Shown here one piece after another: positions 1-10,519 of a stretch of 32,000 nt of DNA (position 1 is its first letter; each line of letters begins with the position of its first letter). Made by a program: the position numbers and the translations under genes. Under the pieces are notes generated by a model. The model had not been told where the DNA came from and did not search any database. It saw only the letters and a list, made by a program, of their open reading frames with translations. Source of the stretch: Raphidiopsis brookii D9 (GTDB taxonomy: Bacteria > Cyanobacteriota > Cyanobacteriia > Cyanobacteriales > Nostocaceae); the NCBI GenBank assembly GCA_000175855.1, contig ACYB01000004.1:30001-62000 (forward strand), given 5' to 3'.

Positions 1-132
1 ATCCATCAACTTACAAGGACCACACCAGGAAGCCCAAAAGTAGACTAACACTGGCTGATCAGCAGCTAGAACCTCCGATGCGAATTCAGCATCAGTGATA
101 GTTATTACACCCTTACTCATAAAATTCTCCAT
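1..132 (-). CDS. trxA: Thioredoxin, N-terminal part, truncated by the window edge (start 132 or 120)
   Basis: Absent from the ORF track. Reverse-strand translation from 132 gives MENFMSKGVITITDAEFASEVLAADQPVLVYFWASWCGPCKLMD, with the thioredoxin WCGPC active site. Confidence 0.93.
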   Translation of the reverse strand, partial: MENFMSKGVITITDAEFASEVLAADQPVLVYFWASWCGPCKLMD

Positions 133-215
133 GCGATTATTTACAAGTCAACCCACTGACCAGTTTACCCTAAACTGGTCATTATTGCTCATGCTGAAAA
201 GTCAGGGAGAGTTAA

Positions 216-1004
216 TTATAATTTATCCAGTTGTTTTCTCAGTTCTTCCAACTCAGCATCTATGGGTTCAGCGGATTTGCTTTTATCCTTTTGGGAAGTA
301 CTGCTAGATTCAGCAGGAGGTAATTCTCCCTTAGGTGTGGGAGCTGGTGATAGTATACTGGCCTTCAAAGCTGCCAATTCATCATCAATATCACTGCTAC
401 CTTCTAGACGAGCAAATTGACTATCTAAATCCGCACCTACTAATTCCGCTGTAGACTGGGCACGAGCCTCTTGCATGAGAACTTTCTCTTCCATTCTTTC
501 AAAAGCAGCCATGGCACTATTACTATTCATATTAGTCGCCATTGAGCCAATCTGCTCCTGAGCTTTAGCAGCAGTGATTCGTGCCTTAAGCATGTCCTTT
601 TTATTCTTGTACTCAGCAATTTTACTTTCCAATTGAATCATGCTCTTTTTAAGAGTCTCCACCTGAGTAACTTGCTGGTCTAAACTGGTCTTGAGAGCTA
701 TAGAGGTTTCGTTAGCACTTTTCTTCCGTTCTAAAGCCTGACGTGCTAGGTTCTCATCTCCTTTTTGCACAGCCAACTGGGCATTGTGCTGCCACTTACT
801 CACTTCACTAACAGCATCATTATATTGTTTTTCTGTGCGTTTTTGGGCAGCTATGGCTTGTGCCACCCCCTGACGAAGTTCTACTAAGTCCTCCTGCATT
901 TCCAGGAGGGCCTGTTCCAGCATTTTTTCTGGATCTTCCGCTTTATTGATTAAATCATTCAGATTGGCACTAACTACTCTCTTTAACCTATCAAATAATC
1001 CCAT
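216..1004 (-). CDS. vipp1: Vipp1/IM30 (PspA family) membrane-remodelling protein
   Basis: MGLFDRLKRVVSANLNDLINKAEDPEKMLEQALLEMQEDLVELRQ is the PspA/IM30 signature. The C-terminal extra helix EPIDAELEELRKQLDKL favours Vipp1 over PspA. The start is trimmed from 1085 to the ATG at 1004. Confidence 0.93.
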   Translation of the reverse strand: MGLFDRLKRVVSANLNDLINKAEDPEKMLEQALLEMQEDLVELRQGVAQAIAAQKRTEKQYNDAVSEVSKWQHNAQLAVQKGDENLARQALERKKSANETSIALKTSLDQQVTQVETLKKSMIQLESKIAEYKNKKDMLKARITAAKAQEQIGSMATNMNSNSAMAAFERMEEKVLMQEARAQSTAELVGADLDSQFARLEGSSDIDDELAALKASILSPAPTPKGELPPAESSSTSQKDKSKSAEPIDAELEELRKQLDKL

Positions 1005-1135
1005 AATTTTTTCCTGCTTGTGTGTTTTTATTTGGAAGACAACGGCTTTATCAGCAAGTTTACAAAGCTGCTTTATTGAGATCAAGAGCTTGTGTAAAAA
1101 CGAATATCAACATAACTCCAGTAAATGAGAAAAGA

Positions 1136-2317
1136 TTAATTTCGTAAGCGAGCCTTGATTCCTCTAGCTTCTAGTTCCTGTAACCTTTGTTTGGCTTCCT
1201 CTGGAGTTAGGAATGCGCCTAGATAGATGTACTTTTGATTAGGTGACAAATAAGCATCGGGAACAATTTCCTTAGCTGCACTCAAGATAGTATCACTCTC
1301 ATTATCAGTGATCAGATAATAATAGGGATTATTGACCGTTTGTGCTGCTACATTAGAACCCTCACCTAGCTGTAACTTTCGCCTGGGGACTTCCTGTTGA
1401 ATTTGTCGTTTAATTCTTCCCCCACTAATACTAGCAAATTGGTTATTGGATGAGGTGGATGGATTAGATGAATTACCAGATGAAACCCCTAGGCCAGATC
1501 GAGAGGATGTATTTTGGCGGGTAGATTGAAGAGAAACCGGAACATTGGTAGATTTTGGAGGCGTTTTGGTGCCAGAAACCTGATTGACTGGGGAATTAGG
1601 TTGACTCGGGGATGGTAATTGCCCATTGTTTCCACTTTTCGACTGTGACAAGCTAGGAATTTGAGTACCAGAACTAAGTGATTGTGAACCAACAAAAGAT
1701 TGGTTGTTCACTGGAGGACTTTTTGTATTCCTAGAGGTGTTAGAGGAGGAAACTTCTGGATTACTATTAAACGGGTTAAACTTACTTAAACTTAACTTAG
1801 ACAGACTACGGAAATTAAATAGCACATAACCTAAACCTAAACTGGTCAAGAGCATGAGAAAAATATAAAAAACACCCAAGGGTGAGAGCAGACCACTCTT
1901 ACTCCGATTAGATTTCTTATGATTTAACTTTTCTAGTGGAGGTTGGAAGGCTGATTTCTCCTCCAAGGATGGGGAATCTCCCAGATTGGGAAAAATTTCT
2001 TGTCTTGCTCCCTCCGGAAAGCTTGTGGTTGTGTCCGCATAACTCCCATCTGATGATGGAGGAGACACATATTCAGAATAACCTAGAGTGGGGTCTGGGG
2101 AAAAACCCTCTTCCCCGGATGGGACTTTTAACTCTACACTATCAGAGGTGACGTAGTTATTATCAACCGGTCGTGCACTATGACGGGTACGTCTGTATCT
2201 AACTAATTCCTCATCTAGTCGCACCTCCAAGTTTTTGAGTGCTGTAGCCAGGATGGGATTAAGCCTGGAAGTTTTGGGGAATGGGTTATGAGAATTGATT
2301 CTGGTATTCTGACTCAT
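1136..2317 (-). CDS. Membrane protein with a long Ser/Pro/Asn-rich linker and a C-terminal SPOR-like domain
   Basis: N-terminal cytosolic region, one TM helix (LGVFYIFLMLLTSLGLGYVLF), a low-complexity linker, then YYYLITDNESDTILSAAKEIVPDAYLSPNQKYIYLGAFLTPEEAKQRLQELEARGIKARL. Likely ATG at 2317. Confidence 0.7.
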   Translation of the reverse strand: MSQNTRINSHNPFPKTSRLNPILATALKNLEVRLDEELVRYRRTRHSARPVDNNYVTSDSVELKVPSGEEGFSPDPTLGYSEYVSPPSSDGSYADTTTSFPEGARQEIFPNLGDSPSLEEKSAFQPPLEKLNHKKSNRSKSGLLSPLGVFYIFLMLLTSLGLGYVLFNFRSLSKLSLSKFNPFNSNPEVSSSNTSRNTKSPPVNNQSFVGSQSLSSGTQIPSLSQSKSGNNGQLPSPSQPNSPVNQVSGTKTPPKSTNVPVSLQSTRQNTSSRSGLGVSSGNSSNPSTSSNNQFASISGGRIKRQIQQEVPRRKLQLGEGSNVAAQTVNNPYYYLITDNESDTILSAAKEIVPDAYLSPNQKYIYLGAFLTPEEAKQRLQELEARGIKARLRN

Positions 2318-2442
2318 TCGACACCACACCTTGAAATTTAGATTATGAAATTTACACTGGGATTTGTACCGTATAGTCAACTGTATCAGTAAAACTGGCA
2401 AAAAAATCCTCAAAAATCATAAATCAAGATCTTTAAATTCAG

Positions 2443-3039
2443 ATGTCGTTAAAATCCCTTAATCAAATTCTAGAGATTCTCCAAATAGAGTCTAGGTGTC
2501 AAGAAGAACCTTTGCTCAGGTTACTTAATTTTTGGACAGAGGTTGTTGGTGTGAAGGTCGCTCGGGAAACTCGTCCTCTTTCCATACGGCGTCATGTTTT
2601 GTGGGTAGCAACTTCCAGTGCTGCTTGGTCACAAAATTTAACTTTTGGACGCTATGCTATCCTATTGAAGTTAAATGAGCGGTTAAACCAATTGCAAATT
2701 CCTACTTTAACAGATATTCGATTTTCAACTGCACAATGGAATGAAATAGCACAAAACCAGACACAAGAAATTTCCTCTGGCCAAATAGATTCCCAAGAAC
2801 ATCCCAGCTATTTAGCAAAGAGTACTAATATAAATCATACTAATCAAATTGCTCAGCCATTGGTTTCAGCTAGGATGGTTTTTGAAAACTGGTTCAGGAC
2901 TAAACAAGTCCAGGATAGTCATTTACCTTTGTGTCCCCAATGTCACTGTCCATCCCCACCAGGTGAACTGGAACGCTGGAGCATCTGTTCTCCCTGCGCT
3001 GCTAAGGTGATGAATCAAAACTTGAGGACGGACTCTTGA
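2443..3039 (+). CDS. DUF721 / DciA-like protein
   Basis: The N-terminal half (LNQILEILQIESRCQEEPLLRLLNFWTEVVGVKVARETRPLSIRRHVLWVATSSAAWSQNLTFGRYAILLKLN) matches the DUF721 pattern. Four C-terminal Cys (CPQCHCPSP..CSPCA) suggest a zinc-ribbon-like tail. Confidence 0.8.
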   Translation: MSLKSLNQILEILQIESRCQEEPLLRLLNFWTEVVGVKVARETRPLSIRRHVLWVATSSAAWSQNLTFGRYAILLKLNERLNQLQIPTLTDIRFSTAQWNEIAQNQTQEISSGQIDSQEHPSYLAKSTNINHTNQIAQPLVSARMVFENWFRTKQVQDSHLPLCPQCHCPSPPGELERWSICSPCAAKVMNQNLRTDS

Positions 3040-3351
3040 GTTAACTAGACAATGAGATATTTGCCCAAAATGCCGAATATAAGGTATTAACTTAATAACT
3101 TGAGGCAATCCAAAGTTAAATATTTGTCCTTGATCCCCAATAGCTTTTAGTCCAAAAAAGTATGTGCTTACTTCACCAATCATATAGAAATATGACAAAA
3201 ATATAAAAACATAATAAAAATTATTTTTCGGTAAAAATCGCTAGAACCCTCAACACATAATAACTCCTCGGCTTTTTGGTCTATTTCTCCTGGGATCACA
3301 ATATTAAATACCACTGGAAATAGTTATCAACCACCGTCAAGAGTAACGATT

Positions 3352-3675
3352 ATGAAACCAATCAACCCGTTAGCATCAGCTTGTAGGTACTGTCACCATT
3401 ACCAACCAGAAGGACGTAGAGGTGGTAATTGTAATCAGTTAAGCGCACCCGTACAAGGCTGTTGGAAAGCTTGCTCTTTAGCTGTTCCCGCTTTCGCACC
3501 TACATGGGAGTCTTTAGAGGAAAGTTGGAATTTACCACTGACTAAACCAATGTTACCAATTTTATCAGTTCCCGGTCATCTAGATACTAGGACCGAGAAT
3601 ATCCAAGTTGCAGAAGTTCAAGAAATTGCAAGCATTGAGGAAACTACTTTTTCCACTCTCCCCAGTTCCCGCTAG
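3352..3675 (+). CDS. Small Cys-rich conserved cyanobacterial protein, function unknown
   Basis: 107-aa [56 protein letters not shown]. Its stop overlaps the convergent menB stop by 4 nt. Confidence 0.65.
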   Translation: MKPINPLASACRYCHHYQPEGRRGGNCNQLSAPVQGCWKACSLAVPAFAPTWESLEESWNLPLTKPMLPILSVPGHLDTRTENIQVAEVQEIASIEETTFSTLPSSR

Positions 3676-4517
3676 GGTAACCAAGGAAAATTCCGAAAAT
3701 TTGGGGGGCGTTTTTGCAAAAATGCCTGTTTACCCTCTGCTGCTTCTGCGGTCATATAATAAAGCAAAGTGGCGTTACCAGCAAGCTCTTGTATTCCAGC
3801 TTGTCCATCGCAGTCTGCGTTAAATGCCGCTTTTAGACAACGTATAGCAATGGGACTTTTGTCTAGAATTTCTTTGGCCCAGTTTATTCCCTCCGTTTCT
3901 AGATCCTGAACCGGAACAATAGTATTAATTAAACCCATTTCTAAGGCTTGTTGTGCATTGTATTGACGACAGAGGAACCAAATTTCCCGAGCTTTTTTCT
4001 GTCCAACTATTCGCGCTAGGTAACTAGCACCAAAACCACCATCAAAGCTACCCACCTTCGGTCCTGTTTGACCAAAAATCGCATTATCTGCTGCTATGGT
4101 TAGATCGCACACTAGATGTAGAACATGACCTCCACCAATAGCATATCCCGCTACTAAAGCAATCACTACTTTAGGTAGAGAACGAATCAGACGTTGTAGA
4201 TCTAACACGTTTAGGCGCGGAATTCCAGTGTGGTCAAGATAACCGCCTTCTCCCCTCACGCTTTGGTCTCCCCCGGAACAGAAAGCATATTTACCATCGG
4301 TATGAGGTCCCGCACCTGTTAGTAGCACTACGCCAATATTTGTATCCTCACGAGCATTACAAAAAGCTTCATATATTTCAAATATTGTTTCTGGACGAAA
4401 TGCATTGCGCTTATGGGGGCGATTGATGGTTATCTTAGCAATACCATCTATTTTTTCATAGAGTATATCCTCGTAATGTTTAACGGTTTTCCAGTCGGAT
4501 TTTATATGGCTCATCAT
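3672..4517 (-). CDS. menB: 1,4-dihydroxy-2-naphthoyl-CoA synthase (crotonase family)
   Basis: [90 protein letters not shown] and the end [13 protein letters not shown] are all MenB hallmarks. Confidence 0.95.
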   Translation of the reverse strand: MMSHIKSDWKTVKHYEDILYEKIDGIAKITINRPHKRNAFRPETIFEIYEAFCNAREDTNIGVVLLTGAGPHTDGKYAFCSGGDQSVRGEGGYLDHTGIPRLNVLDLQRLIRSLPKVVIALVAGYAIGGGHVLHLVCDLTIAADNAIFGQTGPKVGSFDGGFGASYLARIVGQKKAREIWFLCRQYNAQQALEMGLINTIVPVQDLETEGINWAKEILDKSPIAIRCLKAAFNADCDGQAGIQELAGNATLLYYMTAEAAEGKQAFLQKRPPNFRNFPWLP

Positions 4518-4518
4518 A

Positions 4519-5712
4519 TTAGGCCTTTAGGCTAAAAATTTTCTCGATAATGTCTTCTACGACCTTATCAGGTGTGGAAGCACCAGAAGTCACGCCAACA
4601 ATTGTTTCTCCTATGGGTAGCCAGTTTTTTGTGATTGCTATTTCTCCGTTTAATTGCCGATGTTCAATTGCATTACTGGGTTTAATTCTGTCTACACTGT
4701 CAATGTGATAGGAAGGAATATTTCTGTTAATAGCTATTTGTTGTAATTGGGTGGTATTTGATGAATTAAACCCGCCAATTACTATGATCAGGTCTAATTT
4801 ATCTTCAACCAGTTCCAACATAGCATCTTGTCTTTCTTGGGTAGCATCACAGATGGTGTTAAAACTTTGAAAATGATTGTTCAGTGCTAGGATGCCATAT
4901 TTTTGCATCATGGTCTTTTCAAAGATTTTGCCAATTTGTTCTGTTTCTCCTTTGAGCATGGTAGTTTGGTTGGCAATCCCTACTTTCTCTAAGTCTTTAT
5001 CTGGGTCAAAACCCGCTGAACAAGCTTTGGCAAACTTGGTTAAAAATTCCTCCCGGTCACCGCCATGGAGAATATAATTACTTACATACTCGGCTTCTTT
5101 TAAATTTAACACAATTAAATATTTACCAGCAAAGGAGCTAGTAGCTACTGTTTCCTCGTGCTTGTACTTGCCATGAATAATTGAGGTAAATTCACCTTTT
5201 TTGTGCTTTTCCACTGTGTTCCACACTTTAGAAACCCACGGACAAGTTGTATCCACAATTTGACAACTTTTGTCATGTAAGATTTGCATTTCTTGCACAC
5301 TAGCACCGAATGCGGGTAAAATAACTACATCTCCTTGTTCAACTACTGAAAAGTCTTTTTTATTAGCAGTTACGGGGATAAATCCCACTCCCATTTCTTG
5401 CATACGTTGGTTAACCGAGGGGTTGTGAATGATTTCATTGGTGATCCAAATTCTTTCTTTAGGAAAGTGTTGACGAGTTTCGTATGCCATAGCTACTGCG
5501 CGCTCCACACCCCAACAAAATCCAAAAGCTTGAGCTAGTCGAATAGTGGTATTGCCTTTTTTAATCGTGTAGTTACTATTGCGTATTTCTTGAATTAGGC
5601 TGCTTTCATACTCAGACTGTAATTGGTTAGACACTTCTTCTTTGTGTCCAAACCCTTTTCGATTATAATTTTCTGAGTGTTGGAGTGTACGCTTAAAAGT
5701 TTTGGTATCCAT
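4519..5712 (-). CDS. ispH: 4-hydroxy-3-methylbut-2-enyl diphosphate reductase
   Basis: Cyanobacterial/plant-type IspH/LytB: [57 protein letters not shown]. The start is trimmed from 5766 to MDTKTFKRT at 5712. Confidence 0.95.
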   Translation of the reverse strand: MDTKTFKRTLQHSENYNRKGFGHKEEVSNQLQSEYESSLIQEIRNSNYTIKKGNTTIRLAQAFGFCWGVERAVAMAYETRQHFPKERIWITNEIIHNPSVNQRMQEMGVGFIPVTANKKDFSVVEQGDVVILPAFGASVQEMQILHDKSCQIVDTTCPWVSKVWNTVEKHKKGEFTSIIHGKYKHEETVATSSFAGKYLIVLNLKEAEYVSNYILHGGDREEFLTKFAKACSAGFDPDKDLEKVGIANQTTMLKGETEQIGKIFEKTMMQKYGILALNNHFQSFNTICDATQERQDAMLELVEDKLDLIIVIGGFNSSNTTQLQQIAINRNIPSYHIDSVDRIKPSNAIEHRQLNGEIAITKNWLPIGETIVGVTSGASTPDKVVEDIIEKIFSLKA

Positions 5713-5942
5713 TCTTTGTTTTCTACTAAAATCAATATTTTTTAATAGTTTGACATTTTCACCCATATTCTATACCACCCTGAAACAACCTGACAAATAA
5801 CCTAATGGCTTTTTTCTAAAACCCGTACTTGTATTAGTTTTTATGTCTTTTGTGTGTTAGGATTGATATGTTAAAGTATTCTAGATTAGACAGTACGGTA
5901 TAACGTAAGATATTCAATAAAAATATCCCCTTAGCAAAAGCC

Positions 5943-6597
5943 ATGAATCAGATATGCTGTCTGAATCCTACTTATGAATGTGATAATCCCCCAATTCCAG
6001 ACAACAATAGTTATTGCCCTACCTGTAGTAGGCGTTTGGTAAGATTGAAGACTCGTTATCAACCAGTTAAACGTTTAGGGGGCGGTGGATTTGCTAAAAC
6101 CTACTTGGCGCTGGACACTCATAAATTAAATGAACTTTGTGTAATTAAACAGCTGGCACCTTCTTTAGGCAATCAAACAACACAAGCCTTAATCAAAGCT
6201 ACAGAGTTATTCCTACAAGAGGCACAGCAACTACAAAAGTTGGCAGAACACACTCAAATACCTAGCCTATTTGCATACTTTGAAGAAGATCGACAGTTAT
6301 ATTTAGTAGAGCAGTTTGTTGACGGCAAAAATTTACTCGAAGAACTACAAACTGAGGGAGTCTTCAACGAAGCTAAAATTCGAGAGTTTTTGCAGGACTT
6401 ATACTAATTTTAAGGTCGATGAAGGAGCGACCGGAATAATTGAGTTCGAGTCGAATGGCGATCGCAAAAACCTCTCTGGAGAATTTGTTCACATTGTGGA
6501 GTGTCGGAAAAACAATTTAGATTTTGCTTTTGTCCCAATTAAGTATTCTACTGCTAAAGATGCAAATTTACGCTGTTCAAACTCAAACAAACAATAG
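5943..6597 (+). pseudogene. Remnant of a Ser/Thr protein kinase gene, N-lobe only, joined out of frame to the C-terminal tail of a probable ABC-type periplasmic-binding domain
   Basis: 5943..6407 encodes CSRRLVRLKTRYQPVKRLGGGGFAKTYLALDTHKLNELCVIKQLAP...YLVEQFVDGKNLLEELQTEGVFNEAKIREFLQDLY, then stops before any HRD or DFG motif. The next frame resumes as NFKVDEGATGIIEFESNGDRKNLSGEFVHIVECRKNNLDFAFVPIK until 6597. Confidence 0.75.
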
Positions 6598-6664
6598 CCT
6601 TTCTAACTTTTAATTATATAGGCATTCCTGAAGAATTGCCAAGATATGCCTAAATATTTTTATT

Positions 6665-6706
6665 TAGCTAGGAGCCCCTAGCGGAAACTGAGGTGCTACT
6701 TAGCTA
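6665..6706. repeat. Imperfect inverted repeat downstream of amt
   Basis: TAGCTA(6665-6670)..AGCCCCT(6673-6679)..AGGTGCT(6691-6697)..TAGCTA(6701-6706) pairs with one mismatch and a few bulges. There is no clear T-tract. Confidence 0.35.
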
Positions 6707-6716
6707 TCACATAATT

Positions 6717-8096
6717 TTAGATGTTGATGCGATCGCTAAACTCGGAATTATAACCTTCCTCCCCATGTTCATATACATCCAAACCTTGATCTTCCGCTTC
6801 TTCCTGTACACGCAAACCAATGGTAGCTGAAATAAACTTCAAAATTAGCCATGTACCCACAGCAGCTATAACATATGCTACAGCGATCGCCCCTAACTCC
6901 ACAAATAATTCCCCGAAATTGCCTCTCAGTAACCCGTCTTTTCCTCCTGAGTTAACCTCCGTGGTTGCAAATATGGCAGTTAAAACTGCTCCTATGGTTC
7001 CTCCGACACCATGTACGGGATAAGTATCTAAAGCATCATCGACATTGAGTTTGTGTTTTAAACTCACAGCATAGAAGCATACAAATGAGGTGATGAACCC
7101 AATTAATATTGCCGCTAACGGTGTGACAAATCCAGCTGCTGGTGTAATACCTACTAAACCTGCTACTGCACCTGTAGCCGCACCTACGGCGGTGGGTTTA
7201 CCCCTCAAATTGGTTTCTAAGATTAACCACATCAATGCCCCAGCAGCAGCAGATGTATTAGTCGCGACAAATGCTACTGTAGCAATGGTGCCAGCAGATA
7301 GGGCACTGCCAGCGTTAAAGCCAAACCAGCCAAACCACAGTAAACCTGCACCTAGTAAAATAAAGGGGACGTTATGGGGTGGTGTTAAACGATCTGGGTG
7401 GTTCTTGCGCGGACCAAGTACAATAGCAGCTACCAGAGCAGATACACCGGAGCTAATATGTACTACAGTACCACCGGCAAAGTCTAAGGCTCCTAGACCT
7501 CCATATAACCCCAGAAATCCTCCCTTTGCCCATACTGCATGTGCTAGCGGGGTATAAATAAATGTTGACCACATCAGCACAAACACACAGTAGGCGCGAA
7601 AACTCATCCGTTCAGCGATCGCACCGGAAATTAAGGCTGGAGTGATAATTGCAAACATGGCTTGATAAATCATGTATGCTTGATGTGGTATAGTTGATGC
7701 GTAGGAAAGCACTTCCTGTGGTACTGAACCTTTTAAATATCCCGTCGTTTCTAAACCAACACCATTTAAACCCAACCACTGTAAACCCCCAATAAAGGGT
7801 AAGCCCGGAGCAAAGGACAAACTATAACCCCACAGCACCCAGGTTACACCAACGATCGCCATCAATACAAAACTCATCATCAAAGTGTTCAGTATATTAC
7901 GCGATCTGACAAATCCACCATAAAAGAATGCCAAACCCGGTGTCATTAATAGCACCAAGGCTGAAGACATCAATACAAAAGTTGTATCTCCTGTATCGGG
8001 AGCAGGGGTATTTGTTTGAGCTACAGCATTACCTGCAAACGGAAATGTTAGCAGTAAGACAATTAGACCACTGATGACCAAAAATTTTCTCAGCAC
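6717..8096 (-). CDS. amt: Ammonium transporter (Amt family)
   Basis: Signal-like N-terminus, then TTFVLMSSALVLLMTPGLAFFYGGFVRSRNILNTLMMSF, ALDFAGGTVVHISSG, DALDTYPVHGVGGTIGAVLTAIFA. GTG start at 8096 preceded by AGGA on the minus strand. Confidence 0.96.
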   Translation of the reverse strand: MLRKFLVISGLIVLLLTFPFAGNAVAQTNTPAPDTGDTTFVLMSSALVLLMTPGLAFFYGGFVRSRNILNTLMMSFVLMAIVGVTWVLWGYSLSFAPGLPFIGGLQWLGLNGVGLETTGYLKGSVPQEVLSYASTIPHQAYMIYQAMFAIITPALISGAIAERMSFRAYCVFVLMWSTFIYTPLAHAVWAKGGFLGLYGGLGALDFAGGTVVHISSGVSALVAAIVLGPRKNHPDRLTPPHNVPFILLGAGLLWFGWFGFNAGSALSAGTIATVAFVATNTSAAAGALMWLILETNLRGKPTAVGAATGAVAGLVGITPAAGFVTPLAAILIGFITSFVCFYAVSLKHKLNVDDALDTYPVHGVGGTIGAVLTAIFATTEVNSGGKDGLLRGNFGELFVELGAIAVAYVIAAVGTWLILKFISATIGLRVQEEAEDQGLDVYEHGEEGYNSEFSDRINI

Positions 8097-8161
8097 TTTC
8101 TTTTCCTAAATAAGGGCAAACTACTTACAGTATCATGCACGGTAGATATTATGTTTTTAAG

Positions 8162-8175
8162 GTTACTTAAACTAC
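8162..8175 (-). promoter_or_regulatory. Possible NtcA-like site upstream of amt (GTA-N8-AAC, one mismatch to GTA-N8-TAC)
   Basis: Minus strand GTAGTTTAAGTAAC, 66 nt upstream of the amt start codon. An AT-rich stretch CTTAAAAACATAATATCTACC follows. Confidence 0.25.
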
Positions 8176-8278
8176 CTGTGTGCATAAAGTTAGCAAAAAA
8201 AAGTCCTGGTTTTAGTTCTTTAGGATACAAACTTTATATTTATTCATATTTACATGGTAGGTTGTTAACTATTAGACG

Positions 8279-10519
8279 CTACAATAAAAGACTATTTGTA
8301 ATTCTGTATATACGATTTAAGTCTTGAATAACTTCGCCAGTAGATAAATAGCGATCGCCAAAATTATAACAAATCATTTTATCTAAAATATCTGCCAGGT
8401 GGTCGCTAACACTAACTAAGTCCCGCCAAACCACATTACCAGTTTGGGTATCCAATGGCAATTCTTGGGGAAAATTTCCAGTAATAGCTTGAATCCCAAT
8501 CATACCCAAAGCATAAATATCACTAGATAAGCGGGGATGACCAGCCAATTGCTCTGGTGGTGAATACCCCCTTGTACCTATGGAAACCGTAGCTGACTCC
8601 GTACCAGGATTAATTTGAGGTTGAATTAATTTCACCGCGCCAAAATCTATTAAACACAGACGATTATCTTCATGGCGTCGCATAATATTGCTAGGTTTAA
8701 TATCCCGGTGAATTACATGGTGTTGATGTATAAAAGATAAAATCTCTAAGATTTCTAGCAACATAGCAATGACAAAACTCTGGCTTTTAGCACCCGTTAC
8801 TGGAGGTAACTCTTGACTTAAAGTATGACCTACTATATACTCTTGAACTAGATAAAACTCCTGTCCATCTTCAAAATAATCTAACAGTTGGGGAATTTGT
8901 GGGTGTGCACCCACGATGGCCAAAATTTCTGCTTCGGTGTTAAACAATCTGCGAGCAACCTGCAAAAACTTAACATCCTTCCGAGCTGGCATTAATTGCT
9001 TAACCACACAGGTATGATGCTGATTATTGTTTTGAGCATCTTCTACTAAATAAGTCCTTCCAAAACCTCCTGAACCCAGATTTCTTACAATCTGATAGCG
9101 TCCAGCTAACAGTAAATTGTCATCCCAAGATGTAGCAGCGTCAACAAAATCAAGTTGATCAAACTGATCAATTTGGGTAGGAGGTTGGGTTTTTTCCTCC
9201 CATAGTGAACTCATCTCCTCAATTGCTTGCTGTTGTTTTCGCACCTGGTCCAGAATTATCTGGTTCTGTCTTTGAACTTGATAGTTAGTATAAGCAATTA
9301 CAGTAATACTACTAATGATCAAACATAGTATCGGTCGAATAAAGGGTATCCATATAGCTTGCCAAGAAAAAATAGTCACAATAGCTAAACTGAACCCAAT
9401 AACCATAATTAGTGCTATTGTTATGGGTATAGGATGATGCCATTTTCTAGTCAAAATTGCACCAATAACTGCATAACTCCCAATCCATAGCCATTCTAAC
9501 CAGTCTGACCAATAATTAATGACCGCTCTACCATCCAGTGCTGCACTAATGATTTGACTGGCCACCTGGGCGTGAATCATCATACGAGATAGCCTGGGGC
9601 TCTGATCAGATAAACTGCTATAGGGTGTGTAATATCCCGGATGTACACTATTAGCAGTAGTACCTATAATTACCAAGCGGTCCTTTACCCAATTTGGGTT
9701 AATTTTACCTGTCAGCACTTGTGTAAGTGTAACCTGCTGGGCTAGATCCTGGGGATGACGATAGTTTAATAAAATTTGATAGCCATTTGTATCCACATCT
9801 TGATAACCTCCCGCATTTTTATTCAAGCGGTGAAATATGGCTTTACCTATTTGCAATTCCTGATTTTGACCGAAGGTGTATCTTATACCCTGCTGATCTA
9901 AATATGTAATAGCTAATAAGGTTCCAAAGGAAAATTCCGTTTGGCATTTTTCGTCTTTCTCCGTGGGTTCAGCAAATAATAAACCCCGACGAATCAGCTG
10001 ATCCACCTGATTATCACTAACCACATCATCAAACCCGATATTATCTGTGGGAATGTTACCAGGAGGAGGAACTTCTGACCTCCCAATATTACTTAATAGA
10101 CAAGTGGCAATTACTTGACCTGATGGTGCCAAATTGTTACCTAAATCTTTTTGTTGAGGACGATAAATATTTAATCCCACTACTCTTGGTTGATAAAATG
10201 CCAATTTTTTCAGCAGTTGATTGACAGTTTGATCTGATAGGGGCCATTTTTCCCGTTTTATATCTTCCTCTGTAATTGTAATTAGCAACATTCTTGGATC
10301 CCTGGGTTCTCGATGACGGAGTCGCAACATTCGATCATAAATTCCTAACTCCATACTTTGTAACCACTTCATTTCCCCCATTCCCCATATAACACCTGTT
10401 ACTCCCATACTGGTAGCAAGAATAACCGACAGGAAATTATGTTTACTCTTATTAATAGTGTTTCTATTAGTCATAGAAGCAATACGCATTTTTCTAACAA
10501 ATCGACTAATCATGCTCAA
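8279..10519 (-). CDS. CHASE2 domain-containing Ser/Thr protein kinase (start may be the ATG at 10474)
   Basis: N-terminal CHASE2-like region (QSMELGIYDRMLRLRHREPRDPRMLLITITEEDI..), TM helices, then a C-terminal kinase: GRYQIVRNLGSGGFGRTYLVED, VVKQLMP, IHRDIKPSNIMRR, LIDFGAVK, GTRGYSPPEQLAG, SDIYALGMIGIQ. Confidence 0.93.
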   Translation of the reverse strand: MSMISRFVRKMRIASMTNRNTINKSKHNFLSVILATSMGVTGVIWGMGEMKWLQSMELGIYDRMLRLRHREPRDPRMLLITITEEDIKREKWPLSDQTVNQLLKKLAFYQPRVVGLNIYRPQQKDLGNNLAPSGQVIATCLLSNIGRSEVPPPGNIPTDNIGFDDVVSDNQVDQLIRRGLLFAEPTEKDEKCQTEFSFGTLLAITYLDQQGIRYTFGQNQELQIGKAIFHRLNKNAGGYQDVDTNGYQILLNYRHPQDLAQQVTLTQVLTGKINPNWVKDRLVIIGTTANSVHPGYYTPYSSLSDQSPRLSRMMIHAQVASQIISAALDGRAVINYWSDWLEWLWIGSYAVIGAILTRKWHHPIPITIALIMVIGFSLAIVTIFSWQAIWIPFIRPILCLIISSITVIAYTNYQVQRQNQIILDQVRKQQQAIEEMSSLWEEKTQPPTQIDQFDQLDFVDAATSWDDNLLLAGRYQIVRNLGSGGFGRTYLVEDAQNNNQHHTCVVKQLMPARKDVKFLQVARRLFNTEAEILAIVGAHPQIPQLLDYFEDGQEFYLVQEYIVGHTLSQELPPVTGAKSQSFVIAMLLEILEILSFIHQHHVIHRDIKPSNIMRRHEDNRLCLIDFGAVKLIQPQINPGTESATVSIGTRGYSPPEQLAGHPRLSSDIYALGMIGIQAITGNFPQELPLDTQTGNVVWRDLVSVSDHLADILDKMICYNFGDRYLSTGEVIQDLNRIYRITNSLLL

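Noticed and set aside
1005-1085. 27-aa N-terminal extension of Vipp1 in the ORF track
   Set aside because: MGLFDRLKRVV at 1004 is the conserved family start. The upstream in-frame sequence is untranslated leader.
2923-3198. 91-aa minus-strand ORF with hydrophobic N-terminal part (MIGEVSTYFFGLKAIGDQGQIFNFG...)
   Set aside because: It starts with TTG and is antisense to the 3' end of the DUF721 gene with no recognisable motif. Probably chance, though a decayed membrane-protein remnant cannot be excluded.
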